Shown: in pieces, positions 13,901 through 53,073 of the stretch | Position numbering within the stretch: the first letter of the stretch is position 1 | How the letters are laid out: each line of letters begins with the position of its first letter | DNA from: Octopus vulgaris | Lineage: Eukaryota | Assembly (NCBI GenBank): GCA_951406725.2 | Contig: OX597835.1 | Location: 2,170,001-2,234,000 of the forward strand | DNA: 64,000 nucleotides | Direction: 5' to 3' | Notes under the pieces: generated by a model | Seen by the model: the letters and a program-made list of their open reading frames with translations, nothing else | Databases searched by the model: none | Told to the model about the DNA's origin: nothing | Made by a program: the position numbers and the translations under genes

Positions 13901-14766
13901 ACATGACTTGGCGGAGGGATGAAATGTTGTACTCATACCCAGGAGTAGTTAAGTCGATTTACATCGACCTCAGTGCTCACCTGGTTCTTATTTTATTGAC
14001 CTCGAAAGAATGAAAAGCAAGTCGACCTCACCAAAATTTGAAACCAGAAAGTAAAAACGTCCGAAATACCTATTTTTTTTTTACTACCCACAAGGGCCTA
14101 AACGCAGAGAGGACAAACAAGGATAGACGAACGGATTAAGTCGATTATATCGACCCCAGTGCGTAACTGGTACTTATTTAATCGACCCAGAATGGATGAA
14201 AGGCAAAGTCGACCTCGGCGGAATTTGAAATCAGAACGTAGCGGCAGACGAAATACCTATTTCTTTATTACCCACAAGGGGCTAAACACAGAGGGAACAA
14301 ACAAGGACAGACATAGGTATTAAGTCGATTACATCGACCCCAGTGCGTAACTGGTACTTAATTTATCGACCCCGAAAGGATGAAAGGCAAAGTTGACCTC
14401 GGCGGAATTTGAACTGACAACGTAACGCAGACGAAATACCGCTAAGCATTTCGCCCGGCGTGCTAACGATTCTGCCATCATATCTATCTGATGGTCATAC
14501 CACAACAATAACATTTTGTCGGTTATATCACAGTGATATCACATCTGTACGAGGATCTGACGTAATGGTGATTGTCTGTATGATTATGATATTACAGAAT
14601 GTGTGAGAGTCTGCCATAAAAAATGTCATTAGGAAGTCACGTCATACTGGTGACATACTTCGTTTGTTAGTCATATCACTGACTCAGAGAATCAAGTCAT
14701 AACAGAGGTAATATTTATCTCCACTTAAATGTTGAGTTAGAACATTACATGTATATATATATATAT

Positions 14767-14791
<25 letters not shown>

Positions 14792-14798
<7 letters not shown>

Positions 14799-14907
14799 AT
14801 ATGCTTTATTTTAAGCAGCAGAAAATTCAATAAAATCTGTTACTCTGAGTTTCTCGTTGCCGTTCATCAGACAGTTTTTGCTGCTTAAAATAAAGCATAT
14901 TACTCTA
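14792..14907. repeat. 34-bp inverted repeat enclosing a minimal hammerhead
   Basis: tagagtaatatgctttattttaagcagca / tgctgcttaaaataaagcatattactcta. Confidence 0.9.
14837..14874 (-). ncRNA. Minimal hammerhead ribozyme motif
   Basis: Reverse complement reads ctgt-CTGATGA-acggcaacga-GAAAC-TCAGA-GTA^-acag. Confidence 0.72.
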
Positions 14908-14985
14908 CCACTGGTATTTGAGTACTCTTTTTCCCACCTTGTTTCACATTTATGTGTTTACTCCGGTGTAGATAGATATAGATAT

Positions 14986-15150
14986 AGGCGCAGCGTGGCT
15001 GTGTGGTAAGAAGCTTGCTTACCAACTACATGGTTCCGGGTTCAGTCCCACTGTGTAGCATCTTGGGCAAGTGTCTTCTACTATAGCCTCGGGTCGACCA
15101 AAGCCTTGTGAGTGGATTTGGTAGACGGAAACTGAAAGAAGCCCGTCGTA

Positions 15151-15213
<63 letters not shown>

Positions 15214-15440
15214 GTATGTGTGTGTGTGTGTTTGTGTGTCTGTGTTTGTCGCCCCAATATCGCTTGACAACCGTTGGTGGTGTGTTTACGTCCCTGTAAG
15301 TTAGCGGTTCGGCAAAAGAGACTGATAGAATAAGTACTAGGCTTCCAAAGAATAAGTTCTAGGGTCGATTTGCTCGACTAAAGGCGGTGCTCCAGCATGG
15401 CCGCAGTCAAATATAACTGAAACAAGCAAAAGAGTAAAAG
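14986..15440 (+). mobile_element. tRNA-derived SINE family A (representative copy)
   Basis: ggcgca..gtggctgtgtggtaag (A box) and ggttcagtccc (B box), internal (TA)/(TG) tract. Other copies at ~9899-10290(-), 15553-15950(+), 19265-19670(-), 22210-22430(-), 23460-23702(-), 32455-32812(-), 40291-40756(+), 44057-44390, 44965-45116(-), 48675-48840(+). Confidence 0.88.
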
Positions 15441-15483
15441 AGAATATATATATATATATAATATTAATTAGAGACACACGTAC

Positions 15484-15555
<72 letters not shown>

Positions 15556-15963
15556 CGCAGCGTGGCTGTGTGGTAAGAAGCTTGCTTACCAACTACATGT
15601 TTCTGGGTTCAGTCCCACTGCATGGTTGCGTGGCACCTTAGGCAAGTGTCTTGTACTATAGCCTCGGGTCGACCAAAGCCTTGTGTGTGGATTTGGTACG
15701 TGGAAGCTGAAAGAAGCCCGTCGTATATACACGTATGTATGTATGTGCGTCTGTGTTTGTCACCCCACCATAGTTTGACAACCGATGCTGGTGTGTTTAC
15801 ATCTCCGTAACCTAGCGGTTCGACAAAAGAGATCCGATAAAATAATTACTAGGCTTCTAAAGAATAAGTCCTTGGGTTGATTTGTTCGACTAAAGGCGAT
15901 GCTCCAGCATGGCTCCAGCCAAATGAATGAAACAAGCAAAAGAATGAAAGAATATATGTATAT

Positions 15964-16037
<74 letters not shown>

Positions 16038-16189
16038 GTTAATATCGAACGATAAGAATGGGGGCCCAACACCGCATTGATGGATAAATATTATTTTCTA
16101 TAGGTTAACGTCCCAAATGAAATGCTCGATAATTGTTGAGGCATTTCTGTCGGTGTGAAACCAATGGCAGTCTTGTCAACCCACAAACA

Positions 16190-16521
16190 AGTATACACAC
16201 ATACATACATACATACACACACACATACATACACACATACACACATACATACAAACATACAAACATACATACATACATACATACATAATACATACATACA
16301 TACACACATACATGCATACATACATACATACATACATACATACATTCATACATACATACATACATACACACACACATACGCACATACATACATACATACA
16401 CACACATACATACATACATACATACACACATACATACACACATACATACACACAAAATACATATATACAAACATACATACATGCATACATACAAACATAT
16501 ATACAAACATACATACATATA

Positions 16522-16559
<38 letters not shown>

Positions 16560-16580
16560 TATGTATATATATATATATAA
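16190..16580. repeat. (CATA)n/(TA)n microsatellite
   Basis: Direct reading. Confidence 0.9.
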
Positions 16581-17015
16581 TGTTTTATGGAAATATGTGA
16601 GTGGATCTTCTTAGTTAATACCGCGGCCTTGATGTCGTTTTGGGGGTGCTGGATGTCTGCATGCATGTATGTGCAATCGGTTGGGTTTCTCTGTTTTTCC
16701 ATGTGTATAGTTACGATTATACCTTTTATATTATTTATTTATTTATTTATGATTTGGCTGTGTATGTGGCTATGTACGTGTATGGGTGTATGTGTGTGTG
16801 TATACATATAATTATGTATGTATGTGCGCTGGATCTGTGGATGTGCGTGTGCGTATGTGCATTTCTTGACTAACTAACCGTAAAATTTCCATTGTGATTC
16901 AAATTTAAAACTATAAGCCAATCGAATCTATCTAGAATAATCAATATCAAGCGGACGGATGAATTAGACTTATTGATATGTAGATGTCCGCTTGCTGTAC
17001 TTGGTACATTCATGG

Positions 17016-17050
<35 letters not shown>

Positions 17051-17372
17051 ATTAATATTAATTTTATTGACTTTTTGTAGGGTTATACATTTTAATGAAC
17101 TGAACTGTTTTTTTTATATATATATGTCTGCTTTAAATTTAAATGTGAGTGTATATGTATTTCCTTGATGTTAGTTATGGAACTAGGAGTCCAATATGGA
17201 AAATAACTGTGTTTGTTAATGTATACTGATATATTTTATTTATATTGTATTATTGTATTAATGTGTATATGTATGTATATAGATATGTGTAGAATTATGA
17301 GTGTCTATGCACACATTTTTATATTTTATATTTTTATATTTATATGTAAATTTTTTTCACACTTATATTAAT

Positions 17373-17483
17373 TCTCTGAAGAGGCCGTGGGACATCCTTG
17401 TTAATGTCTCATTTATACCTGCTTTATGTGGCTAATAGGTTAAATGAGACATACTTGTCCTCACGGCCGAAACAGCTGTCAGA
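17373..17483 (+). ncRNA. Type I hammerhead ribozyme motif with extended stem II
   Basis: tct-CTGAAGA(17376)-ggccgtg/ggaca...tgtcc/cacggcc-GAAAC(17469)-AGCT-GTC^-aga; inner stem atgtctcattta/taaatgagacat; palindromic stem III acagctgt. Confidence 0.8.
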
Positions 17484-17650
17484 TATGATGTAATTGTATT
17501 TTATATTTCTACTTTTATGTCTAGTTATATTTACAATATATTATGTTTAATGTCTTTGCTGTTATGTAATGGTGTAATAAAGTATTGATTGGGTATTATC
17601 TGATGGTTGATGATTGATTGATTTAAGTATGTTTCTCCATTTTCTAATTT

Positions 17651-17719
<69 letters not shown>

Positions 17720-18000
17720 TTATATATATATATAATTAAGATTCAGTTGAATTAGTTACTTAGACTGAGGCACCTCATTACGTCAGAATAACACACACAC
17801 ACACAACAATATTATGTAAATATCTAAGTTGGTACATAAGTACCGGCCGAATGATATTCTTGCAGTGTATGTGGGCAATTAGACTCAGCTGAGTGAAGAA
17901 ATCTGTTCTTCAACTATTCAGACATGTACGTTACAGAAAATATATGGTCTGTAATATTTATGAAGGATGGATTCTGAGACAGGTGAATAAAATATAAATG

Positions 18001-18271
18001 AGTAACAGTAGAGGTACAGGTGTCAATCCATTACGGCCGTTTCTAACGACTCCTTTAATTGATTAATGAAAACATTGCAACATTGTACAGGAACCGTTTT
18101 CGTCAGATGAATTCATGAACTTCCAAATAAAGGACATTCAAAATGATTTTGATGTTCATGAATTCATCTGACGAAAACGGTTCCTGTACAATGTTGCAAT
18201 GTTTTCATTAATCAATTAAAGGAGTCGTTAGAAACGGCCGTAATGGATTGGCACCTGTACCTCTACTGTTA

Positions 18272-18273
<2 letters not shown>
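18001..18273. repeat. Fold-back inverted repeat, 120-bp arms, 33-nt spacer
   Basis: 18001-18120 is the reverse complement of 18154-18273; one mismatch seen. Confidence 0.95.
18163..18247 (+). ncRNA. Hammerhead ribozyme motif (mirror copy on - strand at ~18027-18111)
   Basis: ttcat-CTGACGA(18168)-a-aacggttcct...aggagtcgtt-a-GAAAC(18231)-GGCC-GTA^-atgga. Confidence 0.75.
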
Positions 18274-18331
<58 letters not shown>

Positions 18332-18675
18332 GATAGATAGATAAAAAAAGATAGACAAGTGCATTCATACATGCGTACATACTACACACACACACACACA
18401 CACACACACAAATATTTATGAATATATAAACATATATTTATTTCTCGCTGGATAGAGTACTTGTTGATACGACTAATAATGAAACTATCTATATTCAATA
18501 CAATTCGTTAATCTGAGCGAGAAGGAGCTAGGTCTGTGTAAGAACTTATGAATGTTTAAGTCTCACGAAACTGGATCAAACTGTTCGAAATAATAATAAT
18601 AATAATAACAACAACATATATATAAATACATGCGTTCATTCATATATACTTGTACATAGATGAAAAAAAAAAATA

Positions 18676-19155
18676 TATATTTATCAAAAGAAAAACAGGA
18701 TGCAAAGGATTTAGCGGTACATATGTTTCTGACTTTATTGGATAATTTATATCAATGCATAATTGATGTAACATGTATGTCAATAGCCTTCCTCGGCCGC
18801 GTACAATTACCACACCAAAGACATGTATTACATTATAGCAGGTCTGAGAAGAAGTTTGGGAAAAAGACGAGTTTCGTTGGTGAAAAAACGATATGGACGT
18901 CTTGTTTTGGTGTCTCGCTATGCCATATACGACTATGAGGATTTGCATTCCCAACGAAACTCGTCCTTTTCCCAAACGTCTTCTCAAACCTGCTATAATG
19001 TAATACATGTCTTTGGTGTGGTAATTGTACGCGGCTGAGGAAGGCTATTGACATACATGTTACATCAATTATGATTTGATATAAATTGTCCAATAAAGCC
19101 AGAAACATATGTACCGCTAAATCCTTTGCATCCTGTTTTTCTTTTGATAAATATA
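18676..19155. repeat. Fold-back inverted repeat, ~205-bp arms, 70-nt spacer
   Basis: 18676-18880 vs 18951-19155, few mismatches. Confidence 0.95.
19031..19117 (+). ncRNA. Hammerhead ribozyme motif
   Basis: gcgg-CTGAGGA(19035)-a-ggct-attg...caat-aa-agcc-a-GAAAC(19102)-ATAT-GTA^-ccgc. Confidence 0.78.
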
Positions 19156-21361
19156 CCCTATCACCTACACCACTAACTGGCATATACAGGTGCTTACAGT
19201 TATCAAGAATTCACCCTGAATTTTTTCTACCTAACTTATATATATATATATACTCTCTCTCTTTCTTTTACTCTTTTACTCTTTTACTTGTTTCAGTCAT
19301 TTGACTGCGCCTTTAGTCGAGCAAATCGACCCCGGGACTTATTCTTTGTAAGCCCAGTACTTATTCTATCGGTCTCTTTTGCCGAACCGCTAAGTGACGG
19401 GGACGTAAACACACCAGCATCGGTTGTCAAGCAATGCTAGGGGAACAAACACACACACACAAACACACACACACAAACACACACATACACATACATATAT
19501 ATACATATATACAACAGGCTTCTTTCAGTTTCCGTCTACCAAATCCACTCACAAGGCATTGGTCGGCCCGGGGCTATAGCAGAAGACACTTGCCCAAGAT
19601 GCCACGCAGTGGGACTGAACCCGGAACCATGTGGTTGGTTAGCAAGCTACTTACCACACAGCCACTCCTATATATATAGAGAGAATTTACGAAAGAAACA
19701 AAAGACGAAGACAGGTGGTGTACAAAACAAACAGATGTATTAGTATAACGCTCAGGAATAGAAAAAGTCTTTTACGTTTCGTGCCTACGCTCTTCTACAG
19801 AAAGGGACACAGAAAAAACAAGGAGAGAAACAAGGAGAGAAAAAAAATGTGTGTAGTGGCTAACGATCTATCATGGCGAATATATATATATACACACACG
19901 CACACACAAATATATATTTATACATACATAAACACACGCACACACACACATACATATATAAGAGGTTGGGGTAATGTAAAAGAGGCACCGAATCTTGGAA
20001 AATGTCTTAGTTTCTGTCCGCTTTTCGTTTTAAGAAATGAAATCGGATTATTTTAGAGTTAATGTAACATTAAAAGCATTTTGTCCAGATATTTGTCCTC
20101 TAAATGGTCGATATTTCTTGTAACTGAAGTCAAAGAGGAGGTTTTTAAGCGGTACTTGATCTGCTAGAAATAGCAGTCAAATTATCCCCAAGTCTCATCG
20201 TACCGTCTTTACATAAAATATACACATTTGTTAATGTTGTGAGTAAGCCATCCACCACTATGAAGAAAATTGACAGTGTTGTTAGGATCGAAATACCTTT
20301 GATTAGTTTGCTTGATCAGGATGACTGAGGTTAAATTACAACAAAAGCAACAACTTCAAAAGTAGTCTACAGACATCTACAATAACGACGTGTGTGTCGT
20401 TGTGTCTATTGCCGAAACGCCAAGTTACCTGGACGCAACTTGTCAAGCGGTAGAAGGGTGTAAATATATACAGTATCAGGCTTTAAAAAGTACTAGGGTC
20501 GAATTATTCGACGATAAATTCCTTAAAGCGGTGCCCCAACATGGCCACAGTCTAATGACTGAAACAAGTAGAAGAAAAAATAACAATAGCAGCAACAACA
20601 ACAACAACAGCAACAGTTTAGCAGTGTTAGTTTGAAACAAATCTATTGCCCCGGGTTCGTACGCGGAGCCAGATTTAGCAATGGTCGAACCCCAAAAGAG
20701 AGAATTATGTAAGAGGTCATACTCTATTTAGCAATTGTTAACATGCTCCAGCATGGCCACAGTGTAACGACTGAAACAAGTTAAAAAATAAAAGAATACA
20801 ACGAGGAAAATAAGGCAATCTTATTTCCATAAAAAAAAAAAAAAACGAAATCTGTTTAAAAAGAGGCAGTTTTCATTTGTTAACGTTAAATGTTACTAAA
20901 TTACGTTAATTAAAGAAAATATAAATCATTATTTAATTATAGATCATATGAAAGTTGTAACAAATAAAAAAGAAAATAATATGAGATTTTGAGCGGTGCC
21001 TTTCGTATAGTTGAAATCCCAAGTTGTAGCTTTTATTTAAATTCACGCAGGTCTTTAGATGTAGCTTATACCTAAATCCAATCTTCATGGCACGGTGAGA
21101 AACAATCTATTGTCACGAGAGAGACCAAAAGAAAATATAAGCTGGACATAGAAGTATGGAGAAAGGATGCAAAATGAAAGATCTTACTTACTCTCTCTCT
21201 CGTTGTGAAATATAATGTATTGGTAAAGTTCAGATAAGTTGCAATAGCCAGGGATATGAAGCGATAAGAACAATAGGTGCGAAACGAGTGAGGTGGTGAT
21301 AACCTAGAAATGAGATTAGCAACTTCTAGCATAGAGACAAGGACACCAAATAGAGGAATGA

Positions 21362-21427
<66 letters not shown>

Positions 21428-21580
21428 GGAGACAGAGAGTCGATCGAATCGACTTTTCTCTCCACTCTTTGATTGGATGATAACCAGCCAATGTTTTGTT
21501 CTTATTCAGTTACTGATAAGTGAAATAACCTTCTCTGGAATTCTTAGTCAAGTCAACGTTATCAGGAACTCAAACTGGGT

Positions 21581-21614
<34 letters not shown>

Positions 21615-22477
21615 GCACACGCACACACACTCATTCACATACTCATACACACACACACACACACACATGCACACACCTGTGTATGCAGATTTGTGTTTGA
21701 TCATTATTTTACCTAATCGGAAACATTTTATAGCATTAACCTTTAAAGTTGTCTCACTTTAATTTTCTATGAATAGAAGCTATGTGACAGAAACGGATAT
21801 CTTTGTTGCCATGGGCACGGTGAAGAGCAAAGTTTAAAGGAAGAGGTGTAAGTGCTCGATTTACATTATCAGTCCAAAGAGACTCCTTGTCAAATACGTA
21901 TGAAAACTGATGTGGGACAGCTCTACGTCAAAGAAGAGCACGACCACGAAGATCCACTCCCAAATGCTTCGATCACTCAAAGTCATCGATTGGAACGGAA
22001 GTAGGCCCGTGAGAGCCGGTAGCTTTTCACAACGAAGACGTCAGTTAAATGAGAATCATCAGCTGTTTGGACCCTGTAGAAGTACCTGTAGCTTCAGGTG
22101 TGTGTGAGCAGTCTTCTCTCGGACCCACTTTGCTCACCCTGCGTCGGAAAGGGCGTGGCAGGGTGCCTCAACTATTGCCTGACTTACTCCAAACTATACC
22201 TGGATATACTCTTTACTCTTTTACTTGTTTCAGTCACTTGACTGTGGCCATGCTGGGGCACCGCCTTTAGTCGAGCAAATCGACCCCAGTACTTATTCTT
22301 TGGATGCCTAGTGCTTATTCTATCGGTCTCTTTTGCCGAACCGCTAAGTTACGGGGACGTAAACACACCAGCATCGGTTGTCAAGCGATGTTGGTGGGGA
22401 CAAACACAGACACACAAACATATACACACATACAAAGCTTAGTTCAAACGCTCTAATGACTGTTCCAGCGCGAAAAC

Positions 22478-22539
<62 letters not shown>

Positions 22540-22661
22540 ACGGATAAAAACTCATATACACACAGTTATATATTTGTGTATTTGTAAATATAGACTATTA
22601 CACAAATTCCACTGGAATTCATACACAAGTAACGAAAGAAGCAACACAAATTACAAACAAC

Positions 22662-22744
<83 letters not shown>

Positions 22745-23992
22745 GTGTGGTTTTGTAAAAAAAATTATTTTTAATAAATGAATATTGGAGTAACAATAGA
22801 TTAAAGAAACACAGGTAATGCATAATATACACATATTGTACGCAAAGTGGATATATTCCTATTATATTAATATGGTATACAAGAATAGTATATCCATATG
22901 CTGTACGCACACCGGTGGTACACAGAATAAAAGTGAAACTTTTAATACAATTCTAATAATAATTATTTGAAATTTTTGTCACAAGGGTTGCTTGGCGGAG
23001 GTGGGGATGAGCCGATTACATCGACCCCAGTGTTCAACTGGTACTTATTCCATAGACCCGAAAGGATGGAAGACAAAGTCGACCTCAGCAGAAATTGAAC
23101 TCAGAACGTAGCGACGGCCGAAATACCTATTTCTTTACTACCCTCAAGGGGCTTCACACAGAAGGGACAAACAAACGGATTAAGTCGATTATATCGACCC
23201 CACTGCGTAACTGGTACTTATTTAATCGACCCCGAAAGGATGAAAGGCAAAGTCGACCTCGTCGGAATTTGAACTCAGAACGTAACGGCAGACGAAATAC
23301 TGCTAAGCATTTCGCCCGGCGTGCTAACGTTTCTACCAGCTCGCCGCCTTCACAAATCTAATAATAATAATCTTTGATACAATAAGGAAAAGGCTTGAAA
23401 TACTGGGGAAGGGGACCAGTTGATGACATCGATCCGAGTGCATAACTGGTAATTATTTTGGTTGTCAAGCGATGTTGGGGGGACAAACACAGACACACAA
23501 ACATACACATACACACATATATATATATACATAGATACGACGGGCTTCTTTCAGTTTCCGTCAACCAAATCCACTCACAAGGCTTTGGTCGGCCCGAGGC
23601 TATAGTAGAAGACACTTGCCCAAGGTTCCACGCAGTGGGACTGAACCCGGAACCATGCGGTTGGTAAGCAAGCTACTTACCACACAGCCACTCCTGCGCC
23701 TATACGTAATAGTGAAGAAAATTTATTAAGAGCTGCCAGAGTCTCAGCAAGGCAGGGAGCAAGCCTGCTCCAGGAGTTCCAGCAAATCCTGTGATAAAAT
23801 GAAATAATAATAATAATAATCCTTTCTACTAAAGGCACAGAATCTGAAATTTGGGGGGAAAGGCACAAGTTGATTGCATCGAACCGAAAGGCAAAATCGA
23901 CCTCTGCAAAATTTGAACTCAGAACGTGCCGACGGACTAAATGCCGCTAAGCACTTTCTCTGGCGTGATAACAATTCTGTTAGCTAGCCGCC

Positions 23993-24069
<77 letters not shown>

Positions 24070-24071
24070 CT

Positions 24072-24533
24072 CAATCGATATAAACGTATTTTCCCAATCG
24101 ATATAAACGTATCTGTCAAGACCTACCAAAAACTGAGCAAATATAAAGATCTTGAAATAGAAATCAGCAAAATGTGGAACCTGAAGACTAAAACAATACC
24201 TGTTGTCATAGGTGCCCTGGGAATGGCAGCAAAAGGGGCTGATTGCTACCTAACTCAGATACCAGGAAACCCCCAAATGGTAGAAATTCAAAAGATAGTG
24301 CTCATGGGAACTGCTCATATCCTACGCAAAATACTTTCTATGTAATCTCAAGTATTAAAACAAGCATAATTTTCATATGTTTTTTTTTAAACATTCACTA
24401 GTACAACACTAAAAAACCCCAAATATATGGCACACTAGGCATAACAACAACATGAACTTCCAACCTGTTGTCTCTTGAGGTCTCTGGGTGAGACTTGGAG
24501 CCAACTTGTACAAATATAAAGCAAAAGTCAAAC

Positions 24534-24540
<7 letters not shown>
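24072..24540 (+). mobile_element. R4/Dong second-family 3' fragment between (AAT)n tracts
   Basis: KLSKYKDLEIEISKMW...VIGALG; same 3' UTR as 55947. Confidence 0.85.
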
Positions 24541-24585
<45 letters not shown>

Positions 24586-24950
24586 GATAACGATAACAAC
24601 AACAACAACAACAACAACAATAATAATAATAAATGCCCTGATCATGGCTTCTGATCTTAACTGATTGGAAGTGTTATCATGTGCATTGTTTTGTCTTGGT
24701 ATAAAAGATGGGCTACAGCAAATATTCTGCTCAATACCGCAGATTTGCTGGTCAGTTGTTTGACCTTAACCAGTTGAACATATCCCTCAGTGGCTGACAA
24801 TATGTGCATTTCTGATCACGAGCAGAAGTAGTGGGGGAGCATCATAGCCGTGTGTTGAGAGGGATTCTTAGAGGTTTGGATAATTCACCTTTGGAAACAT
24901 GGGTGTTTCGTTCAACGTCCCTAAACAATCCTTATTCAAGGACCTTTTGA

Positions 24951-25046
24951 GCGGTACATATGTTTCTGACTTTATTGGACAATTATATCAATTTATATCA
25001 ATGCATAATTGATGAAACATGTATGTCAATAGCCTTCCTCAGCCGC
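24951..25046 (-). ncRNA. Hammerhead ribozyme motif, same family as 19031-19117
   Basis: Reverse complement reads gcgg-CTGAGGA...GAAAC-ATAT-GTA-ccgc. Confidence 0.72.
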
Positions 25047-25241
25047 GTACAATTACACACAGGGCCCCACCTGCAGGGTCATGTGCTGTTTATCTTGATA
25101 TGAGATCACCATGTCGCGCACATATGGTTGTGATGCATGTGCATGGTGTACCCTTATCAGACAGGTAGTCATGATGGGTATTTGGGGCTTCGTATATTTT
25201 ACCCCAGTGTCACTTTGATGGCGTGCACTGCTCTCTCACTC

Positions 25242-25292
<51 letters not shown>

Positions 25293-25556
25293 TATTATTA
25301 TTATTATTATTATGTTTTTTTCCTTCTTCAAATTTTCTTCCGTTTCCCGCCGAGTGTTTTCCATACACCGAGGGCAGAGAAGGGCATTGTATGCATTCCC
25401 AGATTACACACGCAAATTCACAGATAAAATATGTATTTAAAAATTAATAAATAAATAAATTCATGGATGGATGTTATTTTTACAGCGATAGTGCTCTTCT
25501 CAGTACATGAGCCGTTCCAGCTAACACAATTTTTTGCACTTCCTGTAGGGATGGTA

Positions 25557-25605
<49 letters not shown>

Positions 25606-25852
25606 TGTAGCTGTATTAATATTAGAGTTAATTGCACTTCACCGAAAACTATGTCTTAGGTTCAGTTGTGCCACAGAGTCAGAAATGATATGCATTAATT
25701 CTTCTCCATACACTTGGACTGCATTTAGATCTGAAAAGTCAGATATTTACAAAGGCTAGAATATTTAAATGAAATTGCAAGAGACGTCAAAAGCTACAAC
25801 CGAGATTCAACACTTTCCTAACACACACACACACACACGTGCGTGAGTGTGT

Positions 25853-25895
<43 letters not shown>

Positions 25896-25992
25896 GGTTT
25901 GTGTTCGTTTGTACGTGTGTATGTCTGTGTGTGTCAATTTTGATGCCTAAGTATCTACTACATATTGATACAGATATTGGAAACGTTTTATG

Positions 25993-26081
<89 letters not shown>

Positions 26082-26102
26082 ACATAACTTAAGTACCTAT
26101 TC

Positions 26103-26178
<76 letters not shown>

Positions 26179-26503
26179 GCACGTGCGTGTGTGTGTAGGA
26201 AGTGGTTGTAGGATAGTGAAAGTATTAAAGAATTCTAATTTGAAGAATCCATTAATTGAATACGTGTGCTTTTTCACAGGTGTAAAAGATGTGGCACAAA
26301 TAACATATCACTATCTGACTGGATGCTGCACATGCATGAGTTGATATCATGTCAGCGTCCCGTATGCCTGTTTCCTCAAGGGAGTCAATTAAACAGAAGC
26401 CAGGGAACTGCACCAGCCGATTGTATCGACTGTGTACGCTCCCCACTTTTTTCCTGTTCATAAGAGAGATATGTACCTGCTAAAATAAAACCTTCAGTTA
26501 CTT

Positions 26504-52076
<25,573 letters not shown>

Positions 52077-52319
52077 GTTTGTTTTGGTTAAATTATTCAA
52101 CCTAAATCTGTAATAGAAAAACAGAGAAAGAAAAGATATAATAAAATATGGGTTCATTATTTTCATGATAAGGGTTATGCTGCTCTCATTGTGGTCGACT
52201 TGTTTTTAGAGTCTTGTTGATATAGAAATAACAAACTTGTAACTAGAAGTAGATGACAATTTTTGGTGTACGAAGCGTTGCATTCAATAATAAGTAAAAA
52301 AAAAAAATTTTTGATGTAA

Positions 52320-52501
52320 ATCATTTTTGGTGTTAACATGGTCCGATTTGAATTTTATTTTCTACAGAATGAAGAGCAAGCCTTCTTCTATCATACTCTC
52401 AATTTTGGTCAACTTGCGCTGCAGGGTCTCGAAGGAGATAGTGTTAGTTGAAGGCTACCAAACCTGCCACACACAGACAACTTCAGCTTTATATAAATAG
52501 A
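52320..52501 (-). mobile_element. 5' half of the same Helitron family
   Basis: Reverse complement matches 11798-11985. Confidence 0.7.
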
Positions 52502-52604
52502 TTCGCTACACACTACTTTCCATCCTTAATAATGAAACTTGGGAGATCCAAAAGTTAAACACACAGACACACACACAGATACACACACAGACACACAAGT
52601 TGAG

Positions 52605-52658
<54 letters not shown>

Positions 52659-53073
52659 CTCAACGGAGGATTTCAGGGGAGAGTTTCAAGGAGTCGCTGG
52701 CGATGTATCGTGATGATCAAAAATCCGGCCTGCTAAAATTTGGTTAAAGTGATTCAAACTGCAGACTCAACGCAAAATGGTCACATTTAATTCAAAGCTG
52801 TATTGGTGTATATTTGTACGGATGTATATATATATATATGCATGTGCATGTCTTTGTTGCCCACACGCATGTACATATGTGTATGCAGAATAATAATGTA
52901 ATAACTCTATATTAACTGTATGCTATATGAATATATTGACTGTGATTGTAAAATTAATAAGCTTACATCTTTCATAAATATCTGTTTATATTATATTATA
53001 GTATATTCTATATTCTAATTTCTTATGCTATGTATTGTGAAGTGAAGAATACACAGAATCTATTATTATTATT

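Noticed and set aside
14986-15060. tRNA gene
   Set aside because: The A/B boxes belong to the head of a high-copy SINE; no complete cloverleaf seen.
17750-17790. Minus-strand hammerhead (CTGACGT-aatgagg..cctca)
   Set aside because: The GAAA half of the core is absent.
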